NCBI GenBank assembly: GCA_002633005.1
Contig: NMRA01000165.1
Location: forward strand, 161,958 to 225,957
Length of the DNA stretch: 64,000 nucleotides
Direction: 5' to 3'
Source of the DNA: Phoronis australis
Lineage: Eukaryota; Animalia; Phoronida
Position numbers and translations under genes: made by a program. This document shows positions 58,401 to 64,000 of the stretch, one piece after another. Numbering within the stretch: position 1 is the stretch's first letter; each line of letters starts with the position of its first letter. A model generated the notes under the pieces. That model saw only the letters and a program-made list of their open reading frames with translations, made no database searches and was not told the origin of the DNA.

Positions 58401-61400
58401 GTTTCTACCTTTGGAGGTTAGGACAAATGTTTGACTGGAGTCAAAAATTTCGGTTTCTTGGAACAGGACCATGGCTGACCACAATTGTTTTTTACTGTAG
58501 CTGCCCTAAATAGTATAGCCCATTATCCTGGTAACTTACATCAGGCAGAATGGCGTTCATGGAGTAGCCGCACGGGTCAAACAGGAACTGATCGATCACC
58601 ATGTTGGGCAGCAGTGAGTTAATGCCGGAAGTCTGCCAAAAACATCATAGCTTAAATAAACACTGTGCAGAAATTATTCTGTAAGTCTGTACATAACCAG
58701 CCATTTTTTTTAAAATGGAGCTTTACAAAATCGTAGAAAATCCATATAATCACGAAGAGAATGTGGGAAAAGTCACTATGCTGTGTAGTATGTAGTTGAA
58801 AATTATTGGTAAAGGCAAATTAAGTGAGTTTTCGAAACTAGAAACTGTTGATGTCAGACGAGGTGCCAATACAGGAACATTGCAATGACCTCACTTATGT
58901 TGCTCTATGATTGGTTATCCCAGCTGCGTGCACAATACAACCTGCAGTGCACAATACAACCTGCAGTGCTTGCACAAGTCAGGAATTTAATTGCACACAG
59001 CATGCAATTGTCAACAGCTCGTGGACTATTATTTTTGTTGGATTCTGGAAATTACATCCATCAGATGGCAGCACAGCAATCATTTTTAGTTTTTTTTTTC
59101 AACAGCTTGAGGTCTAAAGATTCATTTTGAGCTCCCTCTAATTTTAATCAACAATCATACTTTCATTTAACCATAAATAACTCATTTTTAATAGTTTTCA
59201 AATTGCTATAATCAAAATTTTACGATGATTAGAATATCAAGTCTTGGTAATTTTTTTCAAACAAGTGCTGCAAAACTTTTCTTTTTCATTTTTTAGTAGT
59301 ATATATTGTTCAGATATATTCAAAGGATCAGGTAGTTGTATTATACATGACATTGTCTTCTTTTTCAGTATTGGAAACTTTATTCTTTGACAAATTTTAA
59401 AAACTGAAGTGATGGCAATTCTCCTAACTTTAACGGTCAGACTTAGAAAAGTTGAATGAAACCTTATGGCAACACCTCTTCCTATAGGCTTTAGTGCAGA
59501 TTATAACTCATTTTTGGCAATCGGTGGACTACAAGAATCATTGACAGCCTAACCAGTAGAGATTGGCCAACTCGACTGAATGCTTACCTCAAAATCTACT
59601 GGCAATGACCAATAACATCATGCTAGTTAATTACATGGCATCAGGCAGCTGATGTTACCATTCTTTATCATAAACAAACTAAGGGCAACAGCAGTATTCT
59701 TAAATTTTCATTTTGCAAGTTTTTAAATATCATAAATGAATAGTTGTGAAATGTATACATGATTACTATTTTGAATTTTGAAAATCCAACAAGAAATGTG
59801 ACTTTACACCCTAAAACTTTTGTATGATGTTGCCATATGTTCATCATTAATTCTGCAGGGTGCAAAACAAAATTGGGCCACCAGGCAGCAGGTGTATTTT
59901 GAGGTAAGCCAAGTGTCATCCTACAATTCCTGGCATGTTGCGAAGAAATAATGCGAAACCCCAAAACGTGTATCCCAAAACCACGAACAGAGGTAAAGTG
60001 AACTAACGACCAGGCAGCAGTGTTGTTTGTCTAAATTACCCCAAAAAATTTTTTAAGTCTTTCGCATGGCAGCATAGACAAGAACAGGCCTGGGTCGGAT
60101 CTGACGATCGAGAAACTGTGTGAAACTTGGCATATCAGTTCACAGCAGACTGGTTACAAGGTGGCCATTTTCATTTCATTTGTCATCCAAATTAACCTAA
60201 ACAACCAGCAGTAGAATCAAGGAGAGGCGACAGTAAACATGGGTCATGTTTTAGCAAGTGAAAGCTGAAAATTTGAGAGTTAAAGTTCTTTAAGCCAAAT
60301 AGAAATACACGAGTCGCTTTTCATGAAGAAAAATAAAATGAAAAGGTCATGTTCGCAGGAGCTAGAAAGACCCAGTAGAACACGTGACACATTGATGTAG
60401 GTTTTTGGAGTAATGTTGTTTCATGTTTTTGAAACTGGGTGACAAAAAAGAATTAACAGGAGCCTTAATCCAGCTGCAAATTGGTATCATGGACACTTGC
60501 CCGTGGATTGTCTTGCTAGTTTGTCATCAACTTGCAATTTCTATTTAATTTGTTTATGTAAGTTGTTTGTATCTGCTTCAAGTAAACGTTACTGTAAAGT
60601 TTACCGAAGACTCTGCATACATTATAGACTTGTGAAAACACAACAGGACAGTGAAGTGGTTTTGTGCTATCTTGCTTATCTCAAAGGATTATTGTGCTTT
60701 GGGATACTGTGCTTACCTGTCAATAGTCCTTTAACTGCAGGTAACAACGAAAATACAGTGTCTTGGGGAAAACACTTAAAATTAACACTTTACGAAAAAT
60801 GAAACAAAATTGATAGTCCAACTGCCTTAATATTTTTTCATCAAAGAAACCAAATACACTCAGAAAACTAAACAATATGAAATTTAAGAATCCCAACAGA
60901 TCTTTAGACCTTATACTCACAAGCCCAATACTCAAACAGTTGTACTTCAGCAAGGTTTGTAACTTTGCACCTGGACTATTTTCATTTTTTATTTTCTGGG
61001 AATTATTTTTCACTTACAATGTAACGAACACTGCGCCATCAATCTTGTATACACTGTAACCATCGACTGCGGAATGTGTTATGTTTTGTGTGGTCTATTC
61101 ACGATGTCTATTGTTATCCAAACAGTATATGAAATTTTCATGTAGATTTATATAGACCTACCTAGGAATGTTCTCGCACTCTTTACCACACTTATTAATA
61201 AACATTTGACATAAATGCAAAGGTGTTTTGTGCAACTTGCAAATATTTACTGACGCTCACAGAGGTAGTACTAGGTTCTTTTACTTTGCATAGTACTGTA
61301 ACAACAGTATTCTAATCCATTCCAATTGATGATGAAACATGCTCTTTGTAGTTATGTACGTTTTGTTTTCTATTCTAGTTTTAGATTCATGATATATAGA

Positions 61401-61625
61401 TAATATGAAAGGATATGAAAGAAAATTATGAAATAAACTTGACGTCTATATCCAGTGCAACTCGTCCTGAAATATCTGTAGCTTTGGCTCATGATTGTCG
61501 CTAAACACTCATAGAGGGAGTTGTACACCAGCTCCTTAACTTACCTCACATGCTTGCTCAGCAGTTGACGACACAGCTTTAGTAAAGATTGACATCTTCG
61601 ACTGGTCAAGATTGGTCATCAAGAT
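55437..61625 (-). CDS. AMD1: S-adenosylmethionine decarboxylase proenzyme, 3' part (last 5 coding exons; 5' exons not found in window)
   Basis: Exons 61545-61625 ([14 protein letters not shown]), 58540-58632 (SGINSLLP...FDPCGYSMN), 57448-57522 ([20 protein letters not shown]), 56720-56800 (SYHDLI...[10 protein letters not shown]), 55437-55574 (to TGA). All phase 0. Candidate polyA signal (minus) at about 53959-53964. Confidence 0.93.
55684..55933. mobile_element. Tc1/mariner-type MITE with TA target duplication
   Basis: TA|CCGTAAACTCGCGG ... CCACGAGTTTACAG|TA. Confidence 0.7.
57845..57917 (+). pseudogene. tRNA-like sequence (pseudo-tRNA or SINE head), apparent anticodon GGC
   Basis: A box TAGCTCAGTGG, D stem GCTC/GAGC, anticodon stem CTAGA/TCTAG with loop CTGGCAA, B box GGTTCGATTCC. 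Acceptor stem is mismatched and T stem bulged. Confidence 0.55.
58024..58145 (+). mobile_element. tRNA-derived SINE 5' portion
   Basis: A box TGGCCTAGTGG and B box GGTTCGAATCC at tRNA spacing; no intact anticodon or acceptor stem; followed by SINE-core-like sequence. Confidence 0.5.
58229..58470. mobile_element. MITE family E, second copy
   Basis: CAGGGGCCCGTTCCAAGAAAAC ... GTTTCTTGGAACAGGACC; related to 26804-27031. Confidence 0.7.
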
Positions 61626-61645
61626 GTTAATAGAGGTCAAGGAAA
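61626..61645 (-). other. U12-type (minor spliceosome) branch site and AC 3' splice site in AMD1
   Basis: Minus strand reads TTTCCTTGAC-ctctattaAC|ATC TTG ATG, with the branch A 12 nt from the junction. No AG lies between the exon and an in-frame TAA at 61683-61685. Confidence 0.8.
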
Positions 61646-62492
61646 CACCAATTAAGTACAGAATTAAAACAAGAGGGAAATGTTAACATGCACCCATCGT
61701 GCGCATCATATACAGCGCAGATACAAGAGACTATCATTAATTCAAACATTTCCATTAAAGGAAGCATTGCTAGTAAATATAGTAATAGCCTCTGAGGGGT
61801 GCAAAGCATGTCAGAAATGCTCTCCTCACCGCAAACACACCTGCCATCTTTCATCCTGATTCTTCTTGGAGAATAGGAAGGCAAGCGACAAAGGACACAA
61901 AAACAATAGAAAAGCCATGGGTCAAAGCAAAGTAGGCCAAATCCATGTGAAAACAAGGATGGGGCTGTTGTCTACGTGATAATAACTTATTTGCCAAATT
62001 TTATGGAAATCCAGCAAGGAACTTGTATTGAGCCGCAGACAAAACAATAAATTTACAACAAGAAGGCACCACAGCAGTTGGACCTGTTCAAAACTCATCG
62101 TCAGCCATGCCAGTAGGAATACATATTCCGATTCTGAATGATTTTGTCGATACATCGAGGCAGGCAAAACAAGACTCCAAAATAATAAGCATTTACAATG
62201 AATTCAAAATTCATGTTGTCATTTCCTTTATAATAGAAACTCCGCTGCTATGTTTCATGAAAGTTCGTCAAGGAACTCTGAAGATACAAGGAAGACGTAA
62301 AAAACTAAAACTGCCACAAGGGAGTACAACACTAATTGGATCTGCCCAAAAGTTATCGACATCATCATCCGTCGTCAGGTTCCCAGATGAATGTACCAGT
62401 CAAACTTAAACCAAGATCTTACAGGAGGTTTAGGAGATACAGCTGTGGACGAGAAAAAATAACAGAACTGCCACTAGAACGTGCCTCAGTTG

Positions 62493-63060
62493 TTAATTAA
62501 TTTATTTATTTATTGATTTATAGTGATATTCAAAATGAGGGTGACCTCTTCAGTGATAGCACTGCTTTCCAAGAGGGCCCCCAACAACAACAAAACACAG
62601 TAATATAATACAGTGAAGTAATAAAACAACAATGAAATATACGTAACAAAGATACAATTAATACAGGTTGAAAATTAAGACAATAAATAAGTGACGAAGA
62701 ATGGTGAAAATTTAACTAAGACAGATGAAATAAATGAAGAGATGACTCTAAACAGTGAGAGTATTTACGACAATGGAAAGAACGACATGATTAAGACAGG
62801 TAGGGTATAAAAAGGTTATTTAAATTACAGACACTTTTTAATATTACGTTTGAAAATATCAGTTGAATCGGACCATTTAATTTCTGGGTAAAGAGAATTT
62901 CATATTGTAGCAGCAGCATAGATAAAAGATCTCTTGCCGGTCTCGGCTTTAATTTTTCTTAAAGAAACATTTCCAGCAAAAGAAGAGCGTGTAGAATATA
63001 CAGCTTGACTGCTATTGAATTTTCGGTTGACATATGCTGGAGCCAAGCCATTGATACATT
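62493..63060 (-). mobile_element. 5'-truncated CR1/L2-group LINE (ORF2 C-terminus, 3' UTR and (AAAT)n tail)
   Basis: Minus strand encodes CINGLAPAY...YSTRSS...TGKRSFIYAAATIWNSL...FKRNIKKCL* (stop at 62825), then a T-rich UTR ending in AATAAATAAATAAAT at about 62499. Confidence 0.75.
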
Positions 63061-63825
63061 CTGTACATACAACAGGCAGAGAAATACTTATTTCTTTGTT
63101 TCACTTTCATAAATCCCAGATTGGAATACAAGTCATCGACTTTGGTGTCCCTAATTCTACAATCCAGGATAGCCCTGGCGGCTGTGTTTTGGATTACTTG
63201 GACTTTGCTGACAAGTGTGTCACTAGTGTGCCCCCAAACCAGTAAACAATAATCAATATGAGGCTGAATAATAGAATGGTAAAGGGTCTTAAGAGTACTG
63301 ACATTAAGAAATTTGTCGGAGTTGTCAGAAAATTGTCATCCTTCCTCTTTCCAGTAGGAACACATAATATACAATAATTAAACATTTTTTTGGATTTGTA
63401 CCATGAGCCTCCAGTAGAAAAATCACACTTAAATAGTTATAGTCACACACCACTGTTAATCTATTCTCTGTTACTTATAAAACTATTTTTCACGCCCTGC
63501 AAGAAAAGCATGTTTTCTGAACACCATCACTTTTGTTTTTTCTAGGTTAACCCTGAGACCATTTTGTACAGTACAGCTCTAGTCTATTTATAAGCCTCTG
63601 GAGGCCAACCAGGGTATTTGCTAATAATAGTATCAGGATTTTTCATAGTGTATTTGGAAAATGGAAAATGTCAGGCGTCTGAGTAACATCAAAGAAATGC
63701 TCGGGCGTTTACTCGGAAGAGGGGGCAAGTAAACGGAAAGTCATAGTTTTAATTAAGAGGCTTCCTGGCTATGACATTTTCACTTGAAAATGCATTTTTA
63801 AATTTTATGTTTTATAATGCATAGT

Positions 63826-63964
63826 CAGTGCTGTAGTGGTAAAATTCGAGGTAAGTAGGCGCCCAAAGCCCACCATATCACCTAGAGCACTTACGGTGCG
63901 TAGGCGCTACGTTCAAATGCCAAAAGGTAGTTGGTACGTGCGCCTACTGCCCACTACAGCACTG
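63826..63964. mobile_element. Intact 139-bp hAT MITE with 8-bp TSD
   Basis: Perfect 14-bp TIR CAGTGCTGTAGTGG/CCACTACAGCACTG flanked on both sides by TGCATAGT (63818-63825 and 63965-63972). Confidence 0.9.
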
Positions 63965-64000
63965 TGCATAGTTCGCCAACAATTTGTTCGTTTTTAGAAT

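Noticed and set aside
61408-61416. ATATCCTTT (U12 donor consensus) on the minus strand
   Set aside because: It is downstream of the exon bearing the AC acceptor, inside an intron with an ordinary GTAAG donor and CAG acceptor, so it cannot be the partner donor. Likely chance in AT-rich sequence.

Overview
Eukaryotic (metazoan) genomic DNA, about 37-40% GC by eye, with spliceosomal introns. A lophotrochozoan/mollusc-like invertebrate is inferred from gene content and repeat types, not proven. Seven intron-containing housekeeping genes were reconstructed exon by exon with consistent splice phases. They alternate strictly in strand: akirin (-), class I [4Fe-4S] fumarate hydratase (+), SPAG7 (-), STRAP (+), NDUFB8 (-), COX17 (+) and the 3' half of AMD1 (-). 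This gives three head-to-head and three tail-to-tail pairs. Introns contain MITEs, a 2.9-kb foldback element, Helentron-like repeats carrying CTCF-consensus motifs, LINE remnants, tRNA-derived SINE heads and a 64-bp minisatellite. The most notable signals are a complete 12-exon FumA/FumB-type fumarase with a mitochondrial-like presequence in an animal genome, a minor-spliceosome (U12, AT-AC-type) acceptor in AMD1, and the repeated bidirectional-promoter layout. Most ORFs in the supplied track are chance ORFs or exon read-through. Protein identities come from my recall of family sequences; no search was run. I found no prokaryote-style novel system.
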